DNA of 64,000 nucleotides from NCBI GenBank assembly GCA_016748015.1, contig JAAOMT010000034.1, positions 62,001-126,000 on the forward strand, written 5' to 3'. The translations under genes were made by a program, and so were the position numbers. Every line of letters begins with the position of its first letter. The first letter of the stretch is position 1. The notes under the pieces are model-generated. The model made no database searches and was not told the DNA's origin. It saw only the letters and a program-made list of their open reading frames with translations. Below are positions 39,201 through 53,000 of this stretch, piece after piece. Source of the stretch: Geosiphon pyriformis uo1. Lineage: Eukaryota > Fungi > Glomeromycota.

Positions 39201-42200
39201 ACCACCAGTGACGCAGACCAAAGCTAGAATGCTCGGTTTGCAAGAAGAAACTCTTGTCTATGACTGCGTGCAGCGCACTAGATGAAGACCCAAGAAACCC
39301 CACCCACTACTATTGTAACAATTGTAACAAAGAAAAATACAGTTACCCAGAAAGACACGGAAAATGGAATGAGGAACCATGCCTCGCTTGTGGAGAACTG
39401 TTACCAAGAGGGTGCGACTGGAACAACATATCAGGCAGAGGAGGAACGTGTGATACAACTTGCCAATACACGATCCTCATTTGTGACTGGATAAGAAGAG
39501 GAACACCATTCGAAGCAGCATTCAACAGAATGTTAAAAAGACTACAGCACTACCCACATGACAAGAACGAGTTGTACAACACTGCACAAGCCAAAGTAAG
39601 AGGAGGAACTGCTGAAGAAATATGACGTTGGAAAGAGTCAGCTGAAGTAGCCGATAAAGTTACTAGCTACAACATGTTTGACCCAGTGGACGAATTCCAG
39701 GACTACTACTAACAACTATGCCCCACTTGACAAGAGCAAGAACAATATCTCACCCAAATCAACACTTATCTCTGCAAAAACTGTCTCATCCTGTGTCAAA
39801 ATCAGTGCTGTAAAGAGTGTCAAGATGAAAGGGACTTAGAAAGAAAAATGGAAATTGAGAATCAGCAGTCTCAAAATCAATCAATAAATCAACAAGACTC
39901 ACCTGATGGTCCCAAGTTAGAAAAATTTGTAGTTTATACTGACTTAGAACAGGTAACCAACATCTGATACTTCGACAATGGGCACTTAGGAATAATACCT
40001 GAAAGAGCTCATCCAACTGATGCCGGATTCGATCTACGTTATCCAGAAGACCAATTCACAACATTACCACCCAGGAGCATTACCAAAATCAACCTAAAAA
40101 TAGTGGTTGAAATTCTGCCAGGAATAATGGTTCAAATAACGTCATGATCAAGCCTCGTGAAAAAAAGAATAAGCGTTTAAGGAGGAATAATTGACTCTGA
40201 ATACACTGGAAATTTGATGGTTTTGCTACAGAACAATTCAGAAAAGCCTTATACCATTGAATCTAAGGAAAAAATTGCACAAGCAATTTTCCTACCATTG
40301 GTAAAAATTGGGAAATTTGTGCCAGTAGAAAATCGTGAGGAATTGTCACAAACAACAATAAGAACTTTTGGTTTCGGATCGACAGAAAAAGGAATTAAAG
40401 CAAATTTCGCTGAAACAATAGAGGAAAAAGGCGAAGTAATTAAAAATGAGCAGTTCATTATGCTTCTACCATATGGAAAATCAGAAATAAGAATAAAAAG
40501 GACAATTAAAGAAAAAGACCTAATATTTGAGCCCTACCCAGAAACTTGCCAACAGTTTTTCATAGGACTTACTAACCTTTTTTTTCCAGCTGATAAAGCT
40601 CAATGGATAAAAATTTCTATCGCAAACACCACAGAAGAACCCGTCTACATTCCAGAAGATACCATCATTGGATACCTTGGAACGGAGCTAGAAAACGCAT
40701 CAACACCACAAGAAATTCTAAATTTCCCAGAAATTGCCCTCTACTGTGAACTCACTTCAATAAATTGGCAACAACCATTAGAATGCTATCAATTTACACC
40801 AGAAGAATTGGCCAAATTAAACATTGGAACAATGGATCCTGACCAACAGCGACAGTTAAAAGCATTAATTTTAAAATACTCTGATATATTTTCACGAAAT
40901 GGCGAATTTGGAAGAACCAACTTGGTTCAACACCAAATCTTCACTGGAGACACCAGACCTGAAAAACAATGCACTTACCATGTTCCACCAATGGAGCATA
41001 ATTTTATCAGAGAAGAAGTCCAAAGCATGTTGGAAAAAAGAATAATACAACCATCAATAAGCCCATGGTCCTCACCAGTTGTTTTAGTAAGGAAAAAGAA
41101 TAGAAAAATTAGATTTTGCATCGACTATCACAAACTAAACAGCAAAACAACCAAAGACTTATACCCAATACCATTAATTGACAAAATCTTCGACGTTTTT
41201 GGAGGAGCAAAATGGTTTTCTATACTGGACTTGACCAGTGGGTACTGGCAAGTGGAAATGAACCCAAAGGACAGGCATAAAACAGCATTCACAACACAAA
41301 ATGGCAATTATGAGTTCAATGTAATGTTATTTGGATTAACAAACACTCCTGCAACATTTCAAAGACTAATGGACATAATTTACTCTGAAATCCTGTGGCA
41401 ATCCATTGTTGTCTACTTGGATGATACAAATGTTTTCTTGTCAAAATTCACGGATCATCTCCAACATTTACAACAAGTTTTTGAGAGATTGAAACACATT
41501 GGACTTAAACTAAATCTAGAAAAATGTTTCTTTGGGAAAAATGAACTAGCATTTTTAGGACACATAGTTGGAAAAGATGGAATAAAACCAGATCCATCAA
41601 AAATAGACAAAGTGAAAAATTTTCCAGTACCTTGAAATGTTTCAGAAGTTAGAAGCTTTTTAGGACTCGCATCTTACTACCGCCACTTTGTAGAAAACTT
41701 TTTAAACATCGCCAAACCCCTTAATTACCTACTATCTAAAAATGTGAAGTTTGAATAGACTGAAGCACAACAAAAAGCTTTTGAGTACCTTAGACAAAAG
41801 CTCATTGAATCACCAATAATGATCTATCCGAATTTCAACAAAAAATTCATTTTGGCCACAGATGCCTCTGGAACTAGACTTGGAGCCATTCTGTCATAAA
41901 AAGATGATAATGAAAGAGAACGTGTAATTGCTTATGCCAGCAGAAGTCTCAGTACAGCAGAACAAAACTATGCAGCACATGAACTTGAATGCTTAGCAGT
42001 AGTCTGGAATTGTGTTCATTTTGACACATATTTACGGTACCAACCTTTTGAGATTACAACAGATCATAGAGGTCTGGTCTGGTTAAATAACAAGAAAGCG
42101 CTAAAAGGAAAATACGCTAGATGGTCACAAACGTTAGCACCATACAATTATATTATCAAATACAAAGAAGGTATTAAAAATGCTAATGCTGACTATTTGT

Positions 42201-42220
42201 CAAGAATGAGACACACATAA
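36233..42220 (+). pseudogene. D ORF1: Gag-PR (LILDSGSAGS)-Cys-rich domain-dUTPase (~39965-40390)-RT (YLDD)-RNase H in one reading frame
   Basis: ORFs at 36233, 38120, 38522, 39254 and 40214 share one frame and are broken only by point stops. Ends NADYLSRMRHT* at 42218-42220. Confidence 0.95.
36579..37116. other. Assembly artefact: exact duplication flanking a 20-N gap (36838-36857)
   Basis: 36579-36837 is repeated identically at 36858-37116. Confidence 0.9.
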
Positions 42221-42249
42221 AAATCACCAACCCACCCACCACAACAACA

Positions 42250-43872
42250 ATAAACAACTATCTTTACAAAAACCTCAGCCAATACTTGGAAATACTACAA
42301 ATAAACAAAAAAATGCCAGTAAAAGAGCTAATTAAGCTCCAAAAATTAGCAAAACACTATTTCATCCAAAATCACATACTTTATTACCAGAATCGACAAA
42401 ATTCAGATAATCCATTAAGAGTTATAACCATGGATGAAAAAGAAACTATCTTATTTAACATGCACTCAGATATTCATTTAGGCCACTTTGGAAAAACAGC
42501 AACCATCCAACATGCAACTAGCCGTTACTATTGGCCAAAAATGAGTTCAGACATAATCCAATACATAAAAAATTGTGACCCATGCCAATGAAGAGGAGAA
42601 GCAAAAACAATGGAATTATTAAGACCAATAAAAGTTGGACAGCCATTTGACAGAATCAGAATTGATTTAGTTGGACTCTTACCAATAACAACAAGAAACA
42701 ACTGTTANNNNNNNNNNNNNNNNNNNNTTGGAAAAACAGCAACCATCCAACATGCAACTAGCCGTTACTATTGGCCAAAAATGAGTTCAGACATAATCCA
42801 ATACATAAAAAATTGTGACCCATGCCAATGAAGAGGAGAAGCAAAAACAATGGAATTATTAAGACCAATAAAAGTTGGACAGCCATTTGACAGAATCAGA
42901 ATTGATTTAGTTGGACTCTTACCAATAACAACAAGAAACAACTGTTATATTGCAGTAGCCATGGACTATCTCACCAAATGGCCAGAAGCTAGAGCTATTA
43001 AAACAGCTGATGCTATTTCTGTAGCTCAATTCGTACATGAAGACTTAATTTGCCAACATAGATGTCCACAAGAATTGCTATCAGATCAGAGCACACACTT
43101 CATAAACAGCACCTTAAAAGAACTTAGCCAAAAATTTGGAATCAAGCAACCACTGTCATCACCATACCACCCTTAAACAAATGGATTAGTTGAAAGATTT
43201 AATCGCACATTATGCAAATTACTGGCGAAAATTAGTAATGAACATGAAAAAGAATGGAATTTGTTCATACCAGCAGTACTACTAGCATATAGAACAGTAA
43301 AACAAGATACTACACAATTCACACCATTTGAACTAGTTTATAGAAGAAAAGCCACATTACCAGTTGAACTTACTATCCCAACTTATCTAAGTGACACTAT
43401 CACGGAAGCAACATTCCAGGAAACACTACTTAGAAGAACATACGAATTAATGGGAACTTTAGAAAACAAAAGAAGAAAAGCAGCACAAAATATTGAACAA
43501 TCACAAGAACAACAAAAAGTGAGACATGATAACCAGTTATCAGATAATATAATTAGCTACAAAATTGGAGATAAAGTATTGTTACATCGTACAAAAATAG
43601 AAAAACAGTGGAGTGGAAAATTTGATCACAAGTGGGATGGACCATTTTATATTTATGAAATACTTGGAAATAGAGCATACAAGCTAAAACTAGATAATAA
43701 AATATTAAGAAAAGCAGCACATGGTAACCGGCTGAAATTCTATTACAGTAAACCAGTAATAACAACAAAAACACCCAGAATTGGAACACAATTACCTTTA
43801 ATTCTACCAGAACAAATTCCATGAGATTTAGAACCAATAGTTTTAATTGAACATTATTCAAAAAGATAATTA
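42250..43872 (+). pseudogene. D ORF2: integrase
   Basis: ORFs at 42286, 42610, 42850 and 43261 (HSDIHLGH..CDPC, IDLVG, LLSDQ, WDGPF), in a different frame from ORF1. Confidence 0.94.
42488..42947. other. Assembly artefact: exact duplication flanking a 20-N gap (42708-42727)
   Basis: 42488-42707 is repeated identically at 42728-42947. Confidence 0.9.
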
Positions 43873-43988
43873 ATCTTAGATCACAGCAAAAATGATTTAA
43901 CAACCATAAAAACGCATGCAAAAAATTCCAAAATAGCAGTCAAAATTAAAACAATGATACTTATTCCAAAAAACATCAACAATATAAC

Positions 43989-44007
43989 AGATGTGTATAA
44001 GAGACAG
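43989..44007 (+). other. Tn5 mosaic end / Nextera adapter AGATGTGTATAAGAGACAG (library artefact)
   Basis: Exact 19/19 match to the known ME sequence. Confidence 0.97.
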
Positions 44008-44076
44008 GTAATATAGAAATCAATAAAGAAATTAACTTCAATTTCGATGGAGCTCAATCTTGAAAGGAGGGGATAA

Positions 44077-44956
44077 TGTTATGGTTTAAGAATTTAGCAA
44101 AAAGAATCATAAAAATAATACAAACTATTCAATCATAATATAGCACAGTAATAATCTTAGAAAGGAAATGATTAACATAGTAGCAAATACTATCTCGTGA
44201 TAGTGGCAAGCACCAGTTCACAATAGCAGCCAATACCAACTGGTGATAGCAGCAAACACCAGGTTGAAATATCAAAAAGAAAGTATTACAATGTGTTTTT
44301 TCGTAGAACTACAAACATGTATATATACAGTAGTTTTAATATTGGGAAATAATCAATCAAATAATAATAAAAATCATAACTTATCAAGCAATAGATCCAA
44401 TTTTATCCAACAAACTCCATTTTAAATCATACTTTCAAATTAAATATCCCAAAAAACCTTTAAAAATCAAAAAGAAATGAAAAAAAATATTTAAAACTGA
44501 ACTATCACAACCCAAAGTATTAAGAAACTTACTTGTATTATTTATTGAATGAAACTATCATTCATCAACTGAATTCCTTGGAAAAATAATCCTTGATCAA
44601 GATTATTCACATTGTTACTAATTGATAAAAGCTTTATTGTAAGAATTAGAAAAGTGCTAAAGACCATTAACATTCTGTGTTTCTAGATTAGAAAAACACA
44701 TCAGGCAATTGCAAGGATAGCCTCAGAGAAGACCCCAGACAGTGGGTAGATTTCAGTTCAGTCTCTGAAAAGGAGTACATAAATACACACAACAATCAAG
44801 AATCGAAGAATAACTTACATCACAACAGTAAAAAGAAAGCCTTCAGTATAACAGTGACATTATCACACAAATAGAATTAAGGAACTCATGAAAGACTGAT
44901 TGCAATTAAAACGGGATATCAGCAATTAAATATAACAAGAAAATCATCCCGTAATA
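44077..44956 (+). repeat. 3' LTR of D
   Basis: TGTTATGG...GTAATA; the outer CA is mutated to TA. Confidence 0.95.
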
Positions 44957-45978
44957 CCAGTTATGAAATTAGCCCTGTTTCTAAATTTTTTGATATTAAT
45001 TATAAAGCAGTTTTGGTTTTGATTGGTCTAAGTGGTCTCTTAGATGTTTATTTGAATAGCAGTATAAGTAAACTAACAAAAATTGCTAAAAATTCAAATT
45101 CAAAAATACAGATAGTGCTAAATGAATATGATTTAGAAAGTATTTTTTTTCAAGTTTTTGTCAATAATAAATAAGTTTTCAAAAGCTAGAGTTTGTGGAA
45201 ATTTGAATGTTATATAAGAGTTATTGAAAAAATGATAATGAAATCAGTTAATAAGATATTCTTTAAACTTTAGTTTAATGAGTTTTAGTGTTCAAAAAAC
45301 AGACAGTTTTCAAGATTTTTTAAATTAGAAATGTTAATTGCCAAGATTATTAAGAAATTAAACTTAAATAACATATTTAAATTCAATCATTTTGTTAAAA
45401 AATAGTCATTTTTTGATGGCAAAAAAGCTGTTAAGATTATAAATATGGTTCAAAATAGTGATAAATTGATGTACATTTTTAAAAAATTGTCAACAATTCA
45501 GAAAAAGTACAAAAAGTTCAAGCTTAATAAGTTAAAAATAGTGAAGAAATTATTTATTAGAAAGATAATTAAAAAGTGCATGAAAAGTTTTTGTTTTGAT
45601 AAAAAATATATAATAAGTAGTATTTTGGATTAGTTTTTTTATAAAGTGGTTCTGAATTATTTAGTAATTGAAAGTAAGTTGGTTTTAAAGTCAGAAAAAA
45701 TTAATCTTAATATCAACAAAATTATAGAAGACTGGACAAAAAAGTAGGTCATGCCTATAGTAATGTTTAATTTTTGAGCTTATCAATATATATCTTTAGA
45801 CTATGTAAATAATAATGCTTTTTTGGAATAATGAAAAAAATCAAAATAGAAGAATTAATTACAGTTAATAATAATCTATCTAATGACAAAACTGCTAGAC
45901 TATTTGGCATTTTTAATGAATTTTAGAAGCATAATAGTAATATTGTAATAAAACATCTTTTGAAGTTTTTAAATATAT

Positions 45979-48900
45979 TGTTACCAAAAGATTTTTCATG
46001 TTTTTCAATGCAAAAATTACAATACATACAATAGAAATTAACATTAAAATCATGCAAAAAAGGCCTACATTATCACATTTAATCAACAAAATCAGCTGGC
46101 AATCTGAAAATAAATGATCAATAATTAGTCTAATTATAACAAAAAAATATGACACAATCTAATAGTTTAACTAAGTTGAATACAAAGAAATCTTAACAAA
46201 CTAAGAAACACCAATGGAAATAAATAATTGACATATGTAATTTGATAACAACAGGCTTTGTTATGCTTCAAGATTTTTATATGCTTTTATTAGAACAATC
46301 CAACATTCCAAATCTGTAATCAATAGTTAAAAATGATTACCAAGAAATGTAATCAATTGATCTACTTTTGATTATGTCGATCATAATCACAATTAATATT
46401 GTTATGGTTGAAACCTACATTTCTTATTAATTATCACATGTATTAGTCACTGATGTCATATAATTAACCATTCTATTTTTAGAAAGTGATCATTGACCTG
46501 ATTATTGATCTGATCATTGACTTAATTGTTGACCTGATCATTGACTACTTTTAATATCTATATAAGTAATAAATCTCTTAGCTGTAAAAAAGCATAAAAA
46601 AATTAAAGAAAAAATAAAAATAAAATAACAACTTTCATCTCAATTATTCTCTTATTGCTATTTTTTTTTTTCTTACCTTCAAGTATCTGAACATCTTGGA
46701 ATAAAAGACTATTTGTTGGTTATTTTTTACCCTTTTCCTAAAATGTGTAATTGCAGCATTTGAAAATTATTGAATAAAACATGACTGAAAAGTACATCTG
46801 ATACCTGATATTGAATTCCAAGAGTACTAATATGAGGCATAAAATTATATCAGGTGTGATCATTTGTTGACAGTACAGACTATCCCTCTACCTTCAGATT
46901 TCCCAATTATCTTTTAAAAAGTACAGTAACTGAGATATTTTATGAGACTGATCTTTACACATTAAATTCTTACTTATTTAATTCGCTCCTTGAAGTTGAA
47001 ATCTCTTTGATTATTTCCATCACACTACAATCCTGTTCTCTCTTGCTATCTGTTAGCTTGTTACTCTAACCCATAACATAAAAGTGGTGCTTTTTGTGAG
47101 GTTGTTAAATTCCACTTTGTTTTCTATTGTATGGGTTATTATTTATATCTGCCACAACAATCAAAAGAACATTTTAAAGCACACAACAAAAATAATCTAA
47201 ATTTTATTGAACTTAATCCTTTGCTCTTCTGCTTGATTTGCTTTCCCATTGAAAAACAATCCAGCAGATAATTCCAAGACTTTTGGAACTGGTTTCTAAA
47301 TGAGCATTTAGCTAAAACCTATACAGCCTATACAACTTATTACTTTGATCAAGCTTATTTTGAAGACAATTTTGAAGAAAGAAACAACAGCATTAATCAG
47401 CTTTTATATTCCACAACCTTTAAACAACAGTCTCCTAATTTCGAATATCTGAATCATCAAATCTATACTTGGATTGCTGCTCATCAATCAACTAAAACTC
47501 CTCTTGAAACAGAAGAAAAAAGCTATCAAACTGTTTCTGTTTTTAATCTTTTCTCAAGTAAATCAAATTATTCTACTCAAATGATAACTCCTGAACCAAT
47601 GGCTAATAATCCTCTGCAACAGAACATTTTGATTGCTCTCCAAGGCATACAAACTGCTTTGAGAAGAAGAAACAACACCTCACTATCCTTATTCAGAGAC
47701 AATGCACAAGATCTAATTAAATAGTTGGATAATTTTAAGAGAGCAGCTACTGCAAATCAATATAATGATGAATACAAGTTCCAAATCATTGGTGGCTACC
47801 TTCAAGGCTCTCCTGCTACTTAGTTCTCACAAAAAACCAATGCCAATGCTCAGCAAAGAATCATTAAATAGACACTGGCAAATGCTGAAGAAGATAATAT
47901 CTCTTTTACTACCTGGTTTAAAATGAAATTTAGAACTCCTATTTTAATATCCAAATAGCATATGGAATTAGAAAAAAGAACTTAAGGTTCTGATGAAGTT
48001 GTAACTGAATATGCCAAAGCAATCAGAAAATTAATCAAGCAAGTAGATTCTGAAAAAAACTGGACAGAAGAGCAAAAGATTTATTCCTTTACAAAAGAAT
48101 TGAGAACTGATCTTTCCTATGCTCTTTGGCTCCTCTTAGCACTGAAAGACAATCCCACAATAGATATGACCATTGAACTTGTCCAAAGAATAAAAGACAA
48201 TCAAAGAATACACCTAGGATCTACACTTTTAGTTTTTGTTTCTGTTTCTGTTATGGCTTTTGCTCCCCAAATGGCTGTTACCTCTTTTGCTGCCCGAATT
48301 CAAAACCCAAATAAACAGTTAATAGATAAACTTACAGCTAATCTTGCCTAGTTACTGGAATCCTTAACCCAAGCAGTCAGAGAGAATTAACAACCTTAAA
48401 AACCCAGATTTGAACCCTATTTTAATCAATCTTAGCAATCTCCTTATTAAAGACAACAAAATCGTGGCCTATCTGTGTGTTATTACTGTGAATTAACTGG
48501 ACATTTTTCCAGAGATTGTAACAATCCTCCCCTGCCTCTTTTAGCTCCCAGAAACAATGACAATCAAAACAACAGAACTATTAACAACAATGTTCCCAAT
48601 CAAAGATCCAATTATGCCAACATTAATTTCTTTGGAGAAAATTTCTTAGTTGAAGCCACTGTTTATTAGTCTTTAAACTGGTAGGCACATCTTCAAAGAG
48701 TGAGAGTGCAAGCCAACCAGAAGAAAGCCTCTTTTATGCTTTTAATCTAACTGATAATGACCATAATATAAATAAACTAGCAATCAACACTTTTGAATTA
48801 ACAAGAAAGAAGAAAAAAGCCAAGATTGATTTCGTTATAGATCTAAAGAAAACTTTTACATCAACTACTAATAACAATAAGCCATCAAAGGCTAAAGTTT

Positions 48901-48984
48901 TTAAAAATTTTCCAAAGTTAGAACCTCCAGAAATTGTACAAAAATCTGGACCCTATTCTGTTGTCAAAGATCTCATGAAAATAC
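45979..48984 (+). mobile_element. Element E: 5' part of a different LTR retrotransposon family (5' LTR 45979-47078, PBS, gag with CCHC), interrupted by G
   Basis: TGTTACC...CATAACA, then taaaag-TGGTGCTTTTTGTGAGG. Gag fragments in ORFs 48100 and 48475 (CYYCELTGHFSRDC). The second LTR is not in the window. Confidence 0.8.
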
Positions 48985-49274
48985 TGTTACAAGTAATTAT
49001 TTGGGGTCTCAAAGCAAATAACAAACTCATAACTTGGTGCTCAATTGTTGACTAATAATAGTTTCTGAAGGTTTTTGTGATCTAAAGATTTTGGTTGGGT
49101 TCTTTATATAATGGACAGAGATTCTAATGTGATTTTTTTTTAATGGTATTTTAAGAGTCAACTCATAAGTTAAGTAATTATTGTCTGTCACTTCCCAGAA
49201 TTGCAATTCCATCAATTCTTTTTTTAGCATAATGGCTAACAATTTCCTGGTAAGCTATCCTTAAATCTAAGTGT

Positions 49275-50064
49275 TGTTACTCATAAAAAAAAAACAGATA
49301 TAGAAAATAGTAGACCAATAGGAAAGTAGTAGTTAGCACATAAGCATATTGCTTAGCAATGTGGAGCAATGTCAAAAATTATGACACATTGCTCAAGAAA
49401 TTATAGCACATTGCTCAAAAATATGAGCAATCTTGTAGAACATCAATTATGTATATATAATAGTAGTATTAGAAGAAAAAAAGACAGACCTCTTAGTTTA
49501 GATTTGATCTAAGCAACCTTCTATTCACAAATATCAAATAAATAATTATTTACTATCTCAATTTACTTTTCACTATCAATACTTCATGTTGATAGTAATT
49601 AATACTTAAACCACACTAGAACAATAGTTCTTAATCATGGCTATTGATGAGATACTAACATTTATTGCCTTGACTTGTTTCTTTATTTTCTTTTCATTTC
49701 CTTTTGTTATTTCTTTTGTTTTACTAATTGATTAAAGAAAAAAAGTGCTGAATTATTAATGTCAAGGATAGTTAGGTAAAAGACCCCAAAGGAAGGGTAT
49801 AACATTGAAAATTTAAGGATAGCTTACCAGAAGGGCATCTTTGCCAAATTTCTGGCCACCATACTGAGAAAGAAATTCAATAGAATTGCAATTCCAGAAG
49901 ATTACTAAAAAGACAACAATTGAATCTCTGTTCATTATACAAAGAACTCAACAACACAATCTTCAGACTATTAAAACCTTCAGAAACCAACATTATTGTA
50001 TTAATTGAGCACCAAGTTACAGGTTTGTTATTTGCTTTGAGACCTCAAATAATTAACTATAATA
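49275..50064 (+). repeat. 5' LTR of F
   Basis: TGTTAC...TAATA followed by the PBS. Confidence 0.94.
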
Positions 50065-50089
50065 TTTGGTGCTCCCTGTGAAATATAAT

Positions 50090-53000
50090 CCTACAAAGAA
50101 CCAGCACCAATACAACAACAATCCAAAAGTGGCAGAACTAGAAAGAATAGGAACAAACCATTTAGAATTCACCAAATACTTATTTTAACACTATTGTTAA
50201 CACTTGAGATTAACCAACAACCACTTATTAGCAAAATTAGGCTTCAATTTCTATGTCAATAAGAGAATTTCATATTTGCTAAGAGTACCAGTAGAAACCA
50301 ACTTAGCCAGAAAAAATTTCTACAATGGATTAATCCAAAATACTAGCTTATCAGCAAATTATAATTTCACAGCCATTTTCACTAAAATCAATAAAAAAAT
50401 TGAACATTACACTCAACAAAGATACCCAATTACCTATGCAAACAAAGACAAAAGAAAACTACAAACACCAGTAATAACACCACAAAGAATACAACCACCT
50501 ATTTGGAAGAAAACAAGAATAGAATCTACTACCAATTCATCATACCATTATACACCTGGAAGCATCATTAATATCTTATTAGCAGGTGTGTTTACATTAA
50601 ACATGACATCAATAATTGGATGACTACTATTTTAAAATAAACAAAAGAAAGCAGAATTATTAAGAACCTATGGCAATTACTTTGAAGAATTTAAATCGTG
50701 ATTGCTGATGTCATCAGAAATTTAATTACCACCACCTCCACCAAATTTTGAAACCATAAGTTCTTGGGAATTAATAGAATTAGAAAAAAAAGAAGACAAT
50801 AATCAGGAATTCAACTATCAAAACCCGATTATTGAAAACCATGAAATTAAAACTCCAAATGTTCAAACTCAGCAAAACCTGATTTTGGAAAATTTGGAAA
50901 TTGAAACTCCAAATTTTCAAACTTTGAAAAACCAAACTGATCCCAATCTTGACATTAATAATTAACAATACTTACTGCCAGTAATTGTTATCAATCCATT
51001 ACCAGTTGCTACATTACAACAATTATCACCACAACAACAACCAAACTTGGATCCAATAATATATGCCCCAATAACAAAGCTCAAAAAGTTTACAAGTGAA
51101 AAAGATAACACCCAAATGTGACTAAACAATGTTGAAAAAGCCATTGCAGCCAACAGATGGAATGACACCAAAGCCATGCAAGCCATTCCATATTTCTTTT
51201 AGGATACTACCAACTTATAGTATCAAAGCTTGATTAACAAACCTCAAGATTTTAATACATTTAAACTTGCATTCCTGCAATATTTTAGCAATAATAATAG
51301 CATTAACCGATTGGCCAACACTTTCACCACCATCAAGCAAGGAGAAAATAAAGCAGTTACCACTTACTTGGAATGTTTCCACAGAAATCTGCACCAGATT
51401 CAGGCCATACAGACCAATTATTTCACAGCACCACAAATCCTAAACCAATTTATTAGAGGCCTGTGCAGTAGCATCCTCCAACATATATATTTAATGCATT
51501 TAGCAGACTTTCAAGCTGCAGTTACAAATGCCAGAAATTTTGAAGCAGCTGAATTCAAAGCCAACCATGTCCAAGCTGTAAATCTAGTAATAAACAGATT
51601 ATCTGACTTGGATTCCAAATTGAAGCAATTCAGTGAATCAATCAATCAGAAATTAGAGGGATACTTAGCTAACAACAATCAGGCAATTTATCAACCTTTT
51701 CAACAATGCAATAATCAAGAAAACTTTAATCACACCCAAAATCAACCACATTTAGCATCAGCAACCAATTACCAGTGGCAGCAGAAAATGCATGTATGCT
51801 ATTATTGTGGTAAACAAGAACATTTGCAATTTGAATGCTGAAAAAAAATAAGTGACTTAAAATCAGTTAATCAATATTAAAACTCCAATCACCGACTTCA
51901 AACTTAGAATTACATCAGTAATTAATTACCAAAACAATATCAATCTTAATTACATTACTTTTCAATGATGCAACTAATTTATCAAATCCCAATGATGCAG
52001 CAATTATACTCATCTCCAGTATATCAGTCTCTAACATTAATCTATCAACCAACAACACCCATAATCTATCAACCACCACAGCCACAAATAATCTATTAGA
52101 CATCAGCAATCTCAATCTCAAACTCAGCTCATATAATATCAAGAAATTCCAGACCCAGAGTTACTTAAAACTAGAGATTGGTAATGGTTGTTCACCAACT
52201 GATTCCCAGCTTCTCAAACCAGTTATTGAGATCATGCCAGCAGAGTTCAGAAACTGGGTATACTCAAAACCTAAGTTTCCAGAACTATTTAAGTCTCTTG
52301 GTAACTCCAGAAGATGCCTCATCCAACAACACAGAACCCAACCAAAAACAACTATTCACTAGCAATATACTTCTGGCCATTATTACCAATAATAACTTAC
52401 TCGTAGCTATCTTTCTGTTCAAACTTGAGGAACTAACATTTACACTCTTGTTCAGTAGAGCTGCACTTGAGAAAAAACCCATCACCGCCATATACACTGA
52501 TGTCAAAGTTAATGGCCACTCTATCAAGTTTATTCTTAATAGTAGATCAGTAAGCAGCATTATTACATGACAACTTATGAACCAATTAGGTTACCAAGTT
52601 AATTGTGCTACCAGCACCAGAATCATAACTGCCAATAGAGCAACCAAAACTTCAATTGGTGAAATAAATGACTTCCTATTTGAAGTCAATGGCATCATAA
52701 TACCAATTAAAGTATTGGTAATAGAAGCAACTCAATACCAAGCTTTTGTTAGAAACAACTGGCTATCTAAAACCAATGCTGTGCTTGACTGAAACATCCA
52801 AGAACTGTAGCTCAACCAGAACAGCCTCCACACATGCATGCCAGCCACTTATGGTCATTTCAAGACTACTACTAACAACATACCACTCATTAAATTAAAA
52901 GAAAAAGAAAAAGAAAAAAAAATTACCTAAGAAGCCTACTAAGTTTCCTGGACTGACATTAAGCACAATGAGTTGCCACCAGTACTATCCTGGAATAACA

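Larger units (their letters stand above)
35272..44956 (+). mobile_element. Element D: least-decayed full-length Ty3/Gypsy element with dUTPase, from a distinct family
   Basis: LTRs 35272-36150 and 44077-44956 are near-identical. Perfect TSD CCAG (35268-35271 / 44957-44960), PBS tggtaaaccctacgagg, PPT gaaaggagggga at 44062-44073. Confidence 0.97.
21960..45978 (+). mobile_element. Degraded LINE-like element split by the solo LTR/C, D and E insertions: ORF1 ~21960-23311 + 34178-34620; ORF2 ~34650-35271 + 44961-45978
   Basis: ORF 23001-23348 has an eroded CCHC knuckle (CRKYRCFEHLALEC). APE-endonuclease motifs: 'TCNV*GLN' ~34670, 'KETKL' ~34762, '(G)DFN' ~35090, 'I(D)YIF' ~35225 and an eroded 'DH' motif ~45000. 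A KA(P)G-like pre-RT motif lies at ~45885. The sequence resumes across the TSDs. Confidence 0.75.

Noticed and set aside
43989-44007. Possible real Tn5/IS50 end or bacterial horizontal transfer
   Set aside because: It matches the synthetic hyperactive mosaic end used in Nextera libraries, and no transposase or partner end is present.
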